A stretch of 63,533 bases of DNA, the filler included, from Octopus bimaculoides (Eukaryota): the NCBI RefSeq assembly GCF_001194135.2. It is 6 parts of 6 records of this genome, joined end to end, with 100 filler letters (N's around TTAATTAATTAA, not from the genome) between each part and the next. Parts side by side here need not be neighbours in the genome. Positions count along the whole stretch, not along the records: positions 29,019 to 57,072 come from NC_068983.1; 5 more parts are not named here. One strand, written 5' to 3'. Shown here piece after piece: positions 37,261-50,426 of this stretch (position 1 is its first letter; each line of letters opens with the position of its first letter). The position numbers and the translations under genes are program-made. The notes below the pieces were generated by a model, which saw only the letters and a list, made by a program, of their open reading frames with translations, did not search any database and had not been told where the DNA came from.

Positions 37261-39944
37261 AAGTAGAGCATTCTCGGATCTGTCAACAGTTACAAAGTAA
37301 ATAAATACAGGTTTGTGGTGGCAAAAATCCATAAAGCGCATATATAACATGAAGTTCTTTCTACAGTTCTTTGACCTTGCTTAACAAAAAAGACCTCAAC
37401 TGATTTAAGCTCAGATTCGCAACATTAAGAGTACATTCAAAATACCAGTTTTCATATGAAATAGTTAAAGGTTCAAAAAACAGGTTTCATCTGATTTGTA
37501 ATGATAGTTATACTAAATCAAGCACTGTATGTGCCTATCTGGGAATAAATACAGCAAATTCCACAAATATAAGACATGCATGATGTCAAGGACTACAAAA
37601 AACGTGCTGTTTATTGATATCTAATTGTATAAAGGGTATTTCTGTCACCATTATGACTGACATTTAAATCTGGTTAGATTGAAAATAGTGAAAGTTGCTC
37701 AAGTTTGATACGTTTGATTTACTAAAGATTCTTAACTCATGACGTTTGCCTTCACTTCTCTCGTTGCATTTACTTGAATAACTATGTTTTCAAAGGTATG
37801 TTAAGCTCCATACATAGATCTGCATTTGATGAAACCAAAATCTAGTCTTTGAAATGGTAACTACCAGAAATGTTGTGAAATGGACATTTGAGTTTGTGAC
37901 GTGATAGAACAAATTGAATTTCATTTTTGAAACCATCACCCCCACATTACTAGGAAACATGTCTCCAACACCAAAAGGCAAAACCCACGTTTCCCAGTGT
38001 TATTTGAACAGAAATTCCCAAAATAATTGTCAACATTACAACAGAGATATCTCTATTTCGTAAATAAACTGTTGCTGGAATTCCTGTTTGACGAATTAGT
38101 TATTTCATGCTCAATCAGAGAATCTCTATTTTGTAGAACTATCTTAATTAGTTTGCTTGGGCTTAACTAGGCGCTAACCACAGAATCAAACCAAATTGAT
38201 CCCAACAGGAATTCTAAATTTCCTCTAGTTAGCAATATGAGAAACCGTGAAAGTACTAAGCGAAATCGAAACTAGTTCAGGTACTAGATTCACGGTCATA
38301 TGTCTTGTCAGTTCGATTCCTGACAAGTTCGATTCAGACTGGGCGGCGCGTTGTGTTGTTGAAAAACTCCTTCGTTTCACGTGTCTTTAGTTAAAAATGA
38401 ATTCAAGCTTAATTGCTTGTGCATGTATATTTCCCTTCAGCTATCACTTTCGGCGGTTCCGTTGAGTCAAAACGTGGAGGGTTGATTGAATGCATCAATA
38501 ACTGTTCGTGGCTACATGGCGCCGGAAATAATTTGCAAAAGAATGATGCATACTGTAATACCATTATTGCTTGAGCACCACTGCTATGCTTTGTTTATTT
38601 TTGTTTTCTTCTTTTTATATCAGCCATAAGTACACTTCAGTCCGTATCAATGGCTAAGTTAAATTAGCTCTGAATAACGACCATAAGGTATTATGGTCCA
38701 CAGCACTAAGCGGAAGCTATACTGAAATGTCACGAGTCTTTCGTTATGTTGTAAAGCTAAGTTAAACTTGCTTGTGTGAAACATTGCCTTTTTTAGTTGT
38801 TGGATCTGAAATCAACTCGTCTTTACAGTATGGCAGATATGAATGACATTAAAACTTGTGTTTATGTCACATACACAAGAATATCTTTGGAAGTTTGGAG
38901 TTAAATTATAAATAATGTTTTCTAATAAAACGTTTTTATAATAGAGTTTCTAATTATGAGAAATTTACTGTTAGACACTTCTCTAATTAATCATGAAATA
39001 AAAATTTCATGAGGATATGGTAGCCAAATCGAAATACAAGTTTTTACACTTGAAAGAGTTTCATTTGGAAATAACCATTAAGTTCACGTAATCAAGAAAA
39101 TAATAATTGTGTGGAATGTCCATTAAAACTTGCTGATATTTCCTGATGTCGAGTATATGATACATGTTATACGCTATAAAAATATGTCAAAACATTAGTA
39201 AATCAATGATGAAAATGATGCAATAGAATATGTTGATGTTTTCTAAAACTATAATGAATAGGATAACAGAATGATGACCGTCATGAAAGTCCCAAGGAAC
39301 TCTTCTGCTTAACACTCATATTATTGTAAGCATTTCAGATGTATACCATTCCTTGTAAGTAACAGGTTTATACAGCAGCGATTGAACCACTTTGTGATCA
39401 TTAGATTTGCTGGAAATAACAGACAAATCACCATCAAATCACATCCCAATAGAAAGATCGGCAGATAATATGATACACAATATCTGAAAATATACAGGAT
39501 AGTCACGTTTGGAATGTCTTTGATTATAGTGCAGGTATGGTTGTGTGGTCACGAAGTCGCGTTGCAACCACTTGGTTTCGTTTTAAATTCCCCTAGGCAG
39601 TCACACAGCATATACAAATCACACAAACACACTCACACACACGCATACACACACCGACACACACACATAAACAGACAAACGCACACACGCATGCGTGCAA
39701 ACAGAAGAAATCACTCATAGAAATATATCAAGCGAGTAAAGAACAAGCGGAAGAAGGCAACAGTCAGCAGATTAAGGTTGATGATCGAAGTATTGAATAC
39801 AGGATTAACTCAACTGCCTGACGGCGTAAAACGCATCCGAATAATCGAATGTAAAAACTCGGATTCCGTTCATCTGAAACTATTAGTACGTTCTTCGCCC
39901 GCGAGACTTTCGGTAAAATGATGTTGTTTCAATCTTTACTTATT

Positions 39945-40420
39945 ATTATTATTATTATTACTACATAATACAGTTCTATATTTAAGAGATGAGGAATTAT
40001 TTACATTATTTACATTTGACGGATATTTGTCCTCATCTTGTTTGTTGTTAACACAACGTTTCGGCTGATATACCCTCCAGCCTTCGTCAGGTGTCTTGGG
40101 GAAATTTCGAACCTGGGTTTTCATTCCTAACGATGTTACTATTATTATATTATTATTATTATTACTATTATTAATCAGGTCGCTGCCGTGAATCGAACTC
40201 GGAACCTTGGGGTTAGTAGCCCGCGCTCTTAACCACTACGCCATATGCCCGTGGGCAATTATGGAGTGAATTTTAGGGCTTATAAATCTATTATTTTTCT
40301 ATCCTTCTTCAATACCGGTTCCCATATGCTATTCATATTTGCACTCGGTCTGCTTAGGAGGTTGTTGTGTCCTAGTGTATGTGCTGCTTCTTTTAGTTTT
40401 CGTATTTTCCAGTGTTGTTA
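39945..40420 (-). mobile_element. Penelope-like 3' end: GIY-YIG tail, tRNA-like module, (AAT)n, hammerhead, (AAT)n
   Basis: Minus frame QHWKIRKLKEAAHTLGHNNLLSRPSANMNSIWEPVLKKDRKIIDL* (about 40420-40281) resembles the Penelope endonuclease C-terminus; A box TGGCGTAGTGG (40243-40233) and B box GAGTTCGATTC (40200-40190). Confidence 0.65.
40050..40095 (-). ncRNA. Minimal type I hammerhead ribozyme
   Basis: GACAC-CUGACGA-A-GGCUG[GAGGGUAUAU]CAGCC-GAAACGUU|GUGUU. 5-bp stem I, 5-bp stem II, palindromic AACGUU in place of stem III, GUU cleavage triplet. Confidence 0.75.
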
Positions 40421-42046
40421 AAATAATAGACAGGGAACAACATCTTCAAAATGACTTTCTAAAATGAAATTCCATTATGCAGCTGAGGAGTACATTTTCA
40501 TTGTAAATTCTCTGTGGTGTTCTCACTACGTGAATAAATGGAGCTTGTACGAAATGTACGTACTGCTATAACCTATTGAATTTTTGTTGCTTATCTTCAA
40601 ATTTTATTCACCAAATCTCTTGATTTTGTTTTTGGTTTTTACCCTACCAAAAGAAGGAAAGCTGGCCATGAGTCACGTGTCAGCAGCAGCCAGAGGAGAA
40701 AGAGGGAGAGAGTAACAGAGAGAAAATAAAGGGAGAAATGAAGAGGAAAGGGGAAGGAGAAAGGATACAAATACAAGTGAGGGGCGAGAGAGAGAGAGAG
40801 AAAGGGAAAGTTGACAGGTTAGAAATAGAAGTAAGTGGTTGAGAGAGAAAAGGATAAAAAGTGAAGGCAGAGTAGAGTCACACAGAATATAAACTTATGC
40901 GACTTTCGCAGGCACCGCCAATATGGGAAATTCTCAGTCTTATCCTTAAAGATACGTAACTGAGTGTTTACCATTTTGGTTGATAACTGATGAACAATTA
41001 GGGACCCTCTGTGTCTGTCTCTCGTCCGGTTGTACCCTCAATATACGTATACGTTTTATTTCTCGTTGTTCATTCAGAATGCATTTTTCATTTATTAAGT
41101 AACGGTACGCACGCACACACGACTCTTCCAACAGTAATTTTGGCAAAAGAATCTGACTGGATAAGTACCGGATTTTAAAGATAAAGGTAGTGGGGCCAGT
41201 TCGTTCGAGTAAAACCCTTCAAGGCAGTTGCCCCAGCATAGTCGCAGTCTAATGACTGGAACAAGTAAAAGATAAATACTATATTAAGACAGAGGGGAAC
41301 GAGTAAATCATGGCAAATTAACTTAGAAGCACCGTCGCAAATTTTGGACTAGAAAGTTTACCAAAAAAAAAAAAGAAAAAAGAAAAAATCCAAGTAATTC
41401 ATTTCATTAAAGTAGCTTTATATTTGGAGTTATGCAATAGCTCGCTGATACCTGGTATCCTACAAGTCTTTATTGTAGCAAAGAAATGATTGGTGCAATT
41501 GACACGGCGTAATATACTAGTATCATTAGTGCTATTCATCCGATTTCCCCGTGTTTAGATCATGAATACTATTAATGGCATTTCTAACATTATAATTACT
41601 ATTAATCATGCACTTGGTTATAGAAAAAGCCACGTGTTCAAGATTAGAACTGAGGTAGTTAGTGAAGCATCCCAGTGTTCAAATTATTATTAGTATAATG
41701 CTGTAGCTGTATATGCACACATCGATGTGTATCAATATGAGAATGTATATCTAAGGGTATATGTTTGAGTGAAGAAACTGACGGAAAATACTCTGGTGGC
41801 TATGAACGAATTTCCCTGTGATATTTGATTTGTACTAAATTATAAACATTCCTTTGATAGTCTCACCGTTGGAAGTACAATGACAGATTGATAGGTCTGT
41901 TGGGGAATTGCAACGTATTCAGCAATTGCAAGTCAGTTGCGATAGAAAATAATTTACAACAACTGTAATAAATTTAAACATTGTTTAAATAATGTGATTC
42001 TTCGCAGGTTTGCCACGAGGCATATTTGCTTAACAGAACTTCTATA

Positions 42047-42577
42047 TGAGATCTGATCAAAAAATATCAGGACTGGTGCTGTAAAAAGAAAACTACAACA
42101 TAACAATTTGGCATTGAATCTCTTTCGAAGTAATCTCCTTCTGAAGTCTCACACTTTATGCAGCATCGCTTCCATTGAGAGAAGCTTTCCCGGAATTCCT
42201 TTTCTTTGGGATGGCCAGCAGCTGCCTCATCGCATTACCTTGGATTTTCCTGACGTCTTGAAATCTTGTTCCTTTCAAGAAGGTTTCCTTTCAGGTCTTT
42301 GTTTCGGGGTCATAGATGCAGACCTACGATTCATCCCTTGTTATGACCATTTTCAAACAGATGTCATCTTCCTCAGCACAATCAAGGAGATCCTGCGCAG
42401 CTGAAATTCGATCTCCTTTTTAAGACGATCACACTCTACACACTTTATTTCCAAGTGAGCGTGTTATAGTTTATTGTGCGATAGAGTTGAAGGTCAATAT
42501 GTGACAAATGGTTTCAGTCTGCGTACTTTAGCTCTGTCAGCATAGCAACTGTCCTGACACTTTTTGATCAAACCTAG
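42047..42577 (-). mobile_element. Internally deleted mariner element with both TIRs and TA TSD
   Basis: TA|TGAGATCTGATCAAAAAATATCAGGAC on the left and GTCCTGACACTTTTTGATCAAACCTAG|TA on the right; minus frames give VITRDES.VCIYDPETK and FSQWKRCCIKCETSEGDYFE. Confidence 0.85.
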
Positions 42578-44569
42578 TACATCCCAAGTTCATAATGTAA
42601 ATGTGTACCAATCAAATTTTGAATTCATCGATACGGTTGGTCATTCTTCTTGCCAAATTAATGGAACAATTCTTCGCCCCCGCCACCAATATAATTCTTT
42701 CCAGGAGACTTTATGACGATCTAATCACTACCGCTAGCAAACAATTCTAATACACGCTTCACATGTACGCTTTTTTATGTATACGCATTTATATACATAT
42801 ATGGATGCATGTGTTAATATACATGTGTAAATACATACATGTTCATATTGGTTTAATATTTTCTATGCAATGCGTGTGTAGACGATAAAACACTGCGATG
42901 GTGTAAATCTATTTACAATAGTTCATAAGTGAGAGGAAGTAATAATAGTGTGTACCTTATTAGTAAACACAGCTTGAAAGTTAAGTCTCGAATCTATGTA
43001 TTAGATACCGGAGAGTTGCATACAATCTACAAGTAAAATCAAGTTGAGATTGAAAACTTTGCGGAGCCATAGCTAAAATAATTGTGAGTCAGCGTTAAAA
43101 TGATATGGAAGAATAACTTCGTATAGATAACATCTGTACAGACAGAATTGATGTTAAAATGGTATTAGGTGTGTCTGGCTAAAAGACAAACTGAAGAATA
43201 TATTACAATTCTGTTTTGCATGGCTGATCAATGTTCCTTTAACACGCAGTTAAAATGTTGCCCGTGTGAAACAATGAACGGAGTTAGTCAAGACTTGCGG
43301 CGCTAAATGTAAATTTATAATTCTGGGTCAAGTGAATAATTCTGATTGAGAATAATTCTGACTGAGAATAATTCTGATTGGGGTTAATGATTGGTTATGA
43401 CGAAAACTTTAGTTTTCGCATTAACATCATACATTTTAAACAAATCATTTGGATGGAAAATAAAAAAAGAAACAATAACTGAATGTATATATGATTCAAG
43501 TTGTTGGCCACAGGTGATAAACACCTGCGCTTTTACACGAAATCACATCTTTATGAAGAGAAGACCATATCAAAGCGAGGTTATTCCTGCAGTTCAGTGT
43601 CTTTATTTTGTTCTCGAATTTTATAAATCTATGAATTTTATAAAACTGCCAGGAACTGAAAGAGATATTGGAAACGTGGGTTTCAAATTTTGGCACAAGG
43701 CCAGCAATTTCAGGGGGCGGGAGTAAGTCGATTATACTGACCCCAGTACTCAACTGGTACCAATCGACTGCGAAAGGATGAAAGGCAAAGTATGAAATCA
43801 GAACGCGAAGACGGATGGAATATAGCTGAGTATTTTGCCCTGCGTACTAAACATTTATTCATCTCATCGCCTTAAAATACTGGTTATATCGGATTCAAGC
43901 GTTTGCCACGAGGCCAGCAGTTTTGTGTGGAGGGGCTGAATCGATTGCATCGATCCCAGTGCCCCACTGGAACTTATTTTATCGCTCTCGAAGGGATGAA
44001 AAGCAAAGTTGGCCTCGGTGGAATTTGAACCCAGAACATATAGACGGACGAAATGTTGCTAAGCATTTTCCCGGCGTACTAACCGCTCTGCCAGCTCACC
44101 TCCTTAAGATACTGGAAATATTAGAAGTATTAATTGAGAAAGTAATCGGAAAAGAGAAAATGGCGTGTTTTCCAGAAAAAAATTGTAAAATTGTGTTTTA
44201 AGGCTATTAATCTTATATTCTTATTCTTTTATCCTTTTAATGGTTCGAGTGGTAGGATTGCGACGATGCTGGTTCACTACCTTAATTCCTTTTTTTCAGT
44301 TTTGCTGTCGTTTTATGGGTGGAGGTTGATCTATGTGTTTGTAGAGGCTGACCTTCCCTAGAGTGTATCTATCAATGGTTGCTTAGTCCGGTATCATCAT
44401 TAGGAGTTTATCCAATGTTCATTTTTAATGTTTCAGAAAAGGTGCCTTTTATATTTCTGATTTCTTTAGGTAGGCAGCAGTTGAACTGTTGAAGATATCT
44501 AAATAAAATACTGGTACAATAGAGTATTTTTGCTCGTAATTTCGAAGGTGACCGATCAATTTCTCGATG

Positions 44570-45830
44570 ACAGTTTGTTGTCGTTTAATTTGTCCCCAGT
44601 CAATTCGTCGTTGGTCAATTTGCCCCCAGGTCAATTCGTCCCCGGGTCAATTCGTCGGGACCATAGGCAAAATAGAAGAACGAATATCTGAATCTAAAAA
44701 ATCGTTTATTTTAAGGTTTGCTGTATTACATATTTATTTTTGCTTAAAATTTAAGATTGTGTGCGATCGCTTTTAGAAAAATAATTTTTTGGCTTCGATC
44801 ATATTTTTCCATGGCAGTTTTTTATACGCAGGTTCATATCTTTGTAGTTTTTCTTTTGGTTTGGTTCTTCTCCTTGCATAAATTTCCGCAATTTGGTACT
44901 GGAAAACCTTTCCTCACATTTAATCACATCAATAACTTTCCAAATATATGGATTACTCATATTCACTGTGTTTTTTTAGCGCGTTATGGTAGGCTTCTAA
45001 ACTATTTTTAGTATGAGCAATCCCCATCATATATCGATCCTAAACATTCCATATAGGTAATGGAAATAGAGGTTCAAGGCGTCGCCTCCTTTGTCCTCTT
45101 CCTCTAGGGAGTCCTATATGATTATTTTCAAAATAGGATACAATTGACTGTGGAATATCATCATCATATACAAGTTGTTCATATCCATCTACAACATCAT
45201 CAACCGGCAAAAAAGCAAGGGCAACAAAATACCGCATTTTTAGACTAAAACTATAATCTTTATGATATCTCAATTTTAGTCCTTCTTGCACAGCATGTTT
45301 GTACACATTTTGTCCAAAATGAAACAAGCAGCATGCCAAATTTGACCTAGGAAACAATTCCAGAGATCTGTTAAGGGCTGCTTTTTCAAAATCCATAATT
45401 ATATTATCAAGTCCCTCATTCTGCAGTAATTCATTTATTTTGGCAAAAAGTTTACTATATGTATCTTGACTTTTGTCAGGGAGCAATGCGAACAATCGTG
45501 AGGCATTAAAATTATCAATTTGAATATGAAGTATATACAGCGGAAAAGATATACTAGAGCAGCACTTAAATGCTCCATCTGCCACCCAGTTCTTGTGTTG
45601 TTTTAACTGTTGAAGTGCTTCGTCACTTGCAAATGTTAGTATTCGTTTTGAATCATCTGTCCCGCTGTCATACTGTAGAAACGTTTCATCATTGTCAAGG
45701 TAGGAGTATTCACTTGGAATGGAAATCCCAACAGTTGTAAGTTGGGTGGTAGGACAGTTGGAATCAGCTTGCCTCCAACGTCTAATAATCCTATTAAGCT
45801 GTGCAAACGGAGGTATTTGCGACAATGTAC
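44570..45830 (-). mobile_element. MULE (Mutator-like, Phantom-like) transposase pseudogene with subterminal tandem repeats
   Basis: WVADGAFK (D1), IMDFEKAA (D2), CCLFH (CxxH); after an in-frame TAG at 45040, TKNSLEAYHN (E). gtcaattcgtc/aatttg.ccc units repeated about 5 times at 44585-44660. Confidence 0.85.
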
Positions 45831-46089
45831 AGTCGTTTAAATTCTGAACTTCACTAGCGATTAACTGAGCTAGTGAAGCTCAATCACTTTCTTATCTTCC
45901 ATTTTAAAGGGTTACAGAATTAACACAGGTTATAGGAACATAAACCTTCTTCCACGAAAAGATAGCTTAAACTGTGCTCTAAATGGAGATGTAGTAGTCA
46001 AATCCTATTTTATGGACACAAACATGTTCTAAAATAAGTCGAAAGGTAAGCTACTATAAATCGGCTGATAAAGGTAAGCCGATTTGTAG

Positions 46090-46440
46090 TAGCGTGATTT
46101 GTAGGGCGGCATGCCGTGCTTGAGGAGACCTATTGAGTCAAGTAAATCATGACCAAAATCAAATTGAAATTGTAGTTGTGATCCCCGTGCTGGTGGCACG
46201 TAAAAAGCACCAACCGATCGTGGTCACCATCCCCCTGCGGCCCCTGTGCAGGTGGCACGTAAAAAGCACCCATTGCACTCTCGGAGTGGTTGGTATTAGG
46301 AAGGGCATCCACCCGTAGAAATATTTCCAGATCGGACTGGAGCCTGGTGCAGCCTCCTGGCTTCCCAGACCCCAGTCGAACCGTCCAACCCATGCCAGCA
46401 AGGAAAACGGACGTTAAACGATGATGATGATGATGATGAT
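46090..46440 (+). mobile_element. Non-autonomous retroposon 3' part with (GAT)n tail
   Basis: Internal duplicated ggtggcacgtaaaaagcacc; ends ccaacccatgccagcaaggaaaacggacgttaaac(gat)n. No second copy in the window; call rests on its retroposon-like architecture. Confidence 0.55.
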
Positions 46441-46699
46441 CAAAGAGAGATATTCGAGCAGAAAAAACAAACAAACAAACAAACGAAGTTTTGCATTTGT
46501 GAATAGAATATTTCTGGATCATTTTCAAGAATATGAGGTTTCATACAAGTATCGATGCAAAAAGATCACTCGAACAACTCGTAAAACGAGAAGAGAATTA
46601 AATTGTTCTGAGGGATCTACTAACACTTTTCATGTGAATTTTTAACCATTCATTTTTTTATTTTTTGTCACGTGCAAGCGCTGGTCTGCTCTTACAGAA

Positions 46700-47130
46700 T
46701 TCCTACACACCCATGTAGCGGAGCCTAAACACTATTAATACCATGTCTCGTTTAGCTGCAAACACTTCTGTAGACTGCATTCTGAAGCGATTATTACTTG
46801 TGGTTATATAAGACTTTAACAAGATCAGAAAAGATCGTTCGGTGTGCTGGTCTGCATCCTATGATGGAAATTCTCATTGATAGAAATTTACATTGGCTGG
46901 AACACAGAATGGACGACAGCAGACTTTCCAGACAACTCCTTTACTCCCAACTAGGCAAGGGGGAAAAGAAACCATGGAAGACCTAGGCTGAGACTCAAAA
47001 CATGCTGCAAAAAAGAACAAGAAGTGGACAAGCATTTTGTATGGCGAACCCAAGTCAAAAACCGATCTGTATGGAGAAAGTTTATCAAGTCATGCCAAAG
47101 CCATCAACGACCATAGTCGCGACGATTGAC
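46700..47130 (+). mobile_element. RTE-clade LINE 3' fragment
   Basis: RNLHWLEHRMDDSRLSRQLLYSQL, followed by a GRPRLR-like segment in a shifted frame. Confidence 0.7.
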
Positions 47131-47689
47131 TGCAAATAATAGGAGTAGCAGGTAAAATCACGAGACAGTCGGAAAGTTCAAAGCTTGTGATGTGAGTTTT
47201 GAGTTTAAACCCGGTCAAAGTCAACTTTCCTTTACATCCTTTCGGAAGCCAATGAAATAAAAAGTCGATCATTTACTATGGTCATTGGTATTTTTTCATT
47301 CTCGTTCTTCCTATCTTTTCTGATTTTCTGCCTAAATCAAAAACAGTTATTAGTAGTAGACATCCGAGCACAATTGCTTTCTCTGGGTTGGATCGGTAAA
47401 GCTTTAGGGATGCTACTGCATCATGTGCAATCGCTCAACGCATGTAAAACGCCATTTTGTGCTTTCGCAGTTTGTTGGTGAGGGACTGATAATCTATATT
47501 GTACAACCCATAATGAGACGAAAGCATTGTTTTTACACCATTGTCGTGTGCTTGTTTCGGTCAAATGAGGAACCTGAGATCACTTTGCGTGAACTTGAAC
47601 GTCGTTTCTCTGTTAATAAAAAAAGGTGGAGAAGTTATACGGAACTAATATCTGTGTTCTGTATGTATAGAATGTTGGTGTTTATATTA

Positions 47690-48060
47690 GAGAATCTCTG
47701 AGGTTCTGGAAAAAAGGGGACAGAAGATTTAGGTTAAATTTGTTGTTTTGGAGCCTGGTTTCTAGGGTCTCATTTAGTGAGGCTATCTGTATATAGGGGT
47801 ACATGCATGTTTTAAGTAGGTGTAGGGAGATCATAGCGTGGCTAAGGAGTGAGCTGGGTACCTTAATTGTTGTCTTATATAAGCTTGGCTGACCATACAC
47901 ACGCACACACTTTGGTAAACAGAGATATGTATTTTTACTTAAAGGGGTGTTGTGTATATGGTGTATAAATAGAGAGTAGGAAATTATAGCGAAAGATTTT
48001 CTGACATCCATCATAGTATGAATGGTGCATGTTTGTGCGTATGTACCAGGGAAAATTAAG
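47690..48060 (-). mobile_element. Possible old LINE RT fragment
   Basis: SYSLFIHHIHNTPLSKNTYL..YKTTI loosely resembles RT motifs 4-5; degenerate. Confidence 0.25.
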
Positions 48061-48118
48061 TTCACTGTTGATGAATAATGTAATGGTTAAATGGTATGAA
48101 TAAGAATTGGGTTTTGGA

Positions 48119-48149
<31 letters not shown>

Positions 48150-48239
48150 NNNNNNNNNNNNNNNNNNNNNNNNNNNNNNNNNNNNNNNNNNNNNNNNNNN
48201 NNNNNNATATATATACATATATGGTGGTTGTCTACTCCT

Positions 48240-50310
48240 ATGCAGAGTTTGACCACCTCTTGTACCTACACCTTAGCACCATCATGGCATCTGATGTGGC
48301 TTTTTAAACTAGACAATGTTCTGAAAAAACACCCACACTGATTGCACATCCGATTTGGACCACCAAGAGCTGCAGATAAGTTCTGATCTTTGTGGATCTT
48401 AAAATGTCTTTTGGGGCCTCCATTAGATTTGCAAACCTTCTGGCATACACTGCATTGAAAGGTGTGCACAGACATATAGACGGAATAGTTGGTGGAGGTT
48501 CGTTTTCCTTGGGTTTGCAGATTCCATTTGAGGCCAGCAAAAGACAGGCATGGTCTGTCGCAGACTGTGCACGCAAAAAGGTCATTGTCATTCACCTTCT
48601 CGATCGTGACATTCTTCCTTAGATCACTTTTGAGTCTTACTTGTGTTATCGTGGTCTTTTCAAATGCTTTCATTCCCCACCCCCACACTTTTGTTTCCCA
48701 TCCAACTCGATCCAAAGCAAGGGTCTTCTGGATTCATTCTAAGTGAATTCATAGCAGTCCTTATGCCTTCGTTAAACCTTTGTTTTAGGTTTACGCCGAT
48801 AAAGTTTCTCCTCTGTAAGCTCATCATAAAGCAGCTGTTTCGGCACGCGTTCATCTGCCAGTCGAACAATATGGCCACACCATCTCATTTAGTTCCTCAA
48901 AATCATAGCTTTAATCGAGGTGATACCTGCAGATGCAAAGACATCTATGTTTGGAGTAAAAAAACATTTTAAATGCGATGAAGGCATTTTTGGTGGAATT
49001 GTTCTAACAGTTAAAAATGCCTTTCATAACAAGTCCATGTTTCACATGAATACAACAGCTTTGCATTCTTATTTATATGTCGCTGACACCAAATGCGTGA
49101 CTGCAAGCCACCAAATGCTTTCGCTGCCCTTTGAATTCGCAGCTGCATTTCTGTATCAAGATTTCCATAATTTGGAACAGAGCTTCCAAAGTAGATAAAC
49201 GAATCGAAAACCTCAAGGAACCTTCCCCTAACAAAACGTTTAGCGGGGTTGCAAACAACACCACACGTAGATTGATGCATTACAGCTGTTTTTTTTTCAA
49301 GTTGATGGTCAAGCCAAAATCATCACAAGCTGAGTCAAATGCAGACACAAGAGATTGCAGACCTGTTTCAGAATGACTGACAAGATCGCAATCGTCAGCG
49401 TACAAAAGTTCCCTAAGGAGCGAAGTAAAAACCTTCGTTTTGAATTTCAGTTTGATCAGATTAAAAACATTCCCTGTTGCTCGATATTTGATGTAAATAG
49501 CCTCCTCGGAGTTTTGAAATGCATGTGACAACACAACAGCAAAGTCTATTGTGGGTACATCAAGGTCTCCTTGCTTTACTCCATTTTCCACGGCAAAAGA
49601 TTCTGAGAGCCTATCACCTAAGTTAACTCTAGCTTTCATATCTTGATGCAAAGCCCTGACCATGTTTACAAATTTTTCTGGGCAACCTAATTTCCTTAGA
49701 ATTAGCCACAGAGCATTTCGATTAACAGCATTGAATGCTTTGCTCAAATCAACAAAGCAATGGTATAGAGCAAGATTCTGTTCAATGCACTTCTCCTGTA
49801 ATTGTCTGATTGTAAAGATACAATCAGCTGTGCCCCTGGAGGAACGAAAACCACACTGAGACTCAGACACTATATTTGGATCTACGAAGGTATTTAAACG
49901 TTCTGACAAAATGCGGGCAAGTACCTTTCCAATAAATGCGAAATCCCACAGAAATTACTACACAGATCATTTGGCCCCGATTAACACAAGGAGACTAAAA
50001 TGGCATTAATCCAGACTTGAGGCACTTCCTCAGTTCTCCAGCAGTGACAAATTAATATATTTAAGAGTTTAAACATTTTGTAACCCAATATTTCAAGATT
50101 TCTGCATAAATTCCATGAGATCCTGGAGACTTATTGTTATTGAAGGAAATAATCCATCTTGTCATTGACAAATAACACAATATACTGTTACCACGAGCCA
50201 CTAGTAGTTTCATGCACTGGTGATGTGGTTTTGGTAAGTTCCAGTAACACACATCTTATGTCTCCAAGGAATGAGCTTGAAGATCGCTTGGAGATACAAG
50301 GAGTGTTATT
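48240..50310 (-). mobile_element. Decayed RTE-clade LINE with C-terminal C2H2 zinc fingers
   Basis: KSPGSHGIYAEILK, SESQCGFRSSRGTADCIF, FVDLSKAF, GVKQGD, LLYADD and LLYSCETW; tail has CTVC (degenerate), CSVC..KRHFKIH and CNQC..KSHIRCH. Confidence 0.9.
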
Positions 50311-50365
50311 AAAGCTTCCCTAGACTTCATCTGTACATAAAACTATTAGTAGTTCGTAAATGTAT

Positions 50366-50426
<61 letters not shown>

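Noticed and set aside
40178-40250. Functional tRNA gene
   Set aside because: A and B boxes are present, but the acceptor stem does not pair properly and it sits inside a retroelement tail; treated as a tRNA-derived module.
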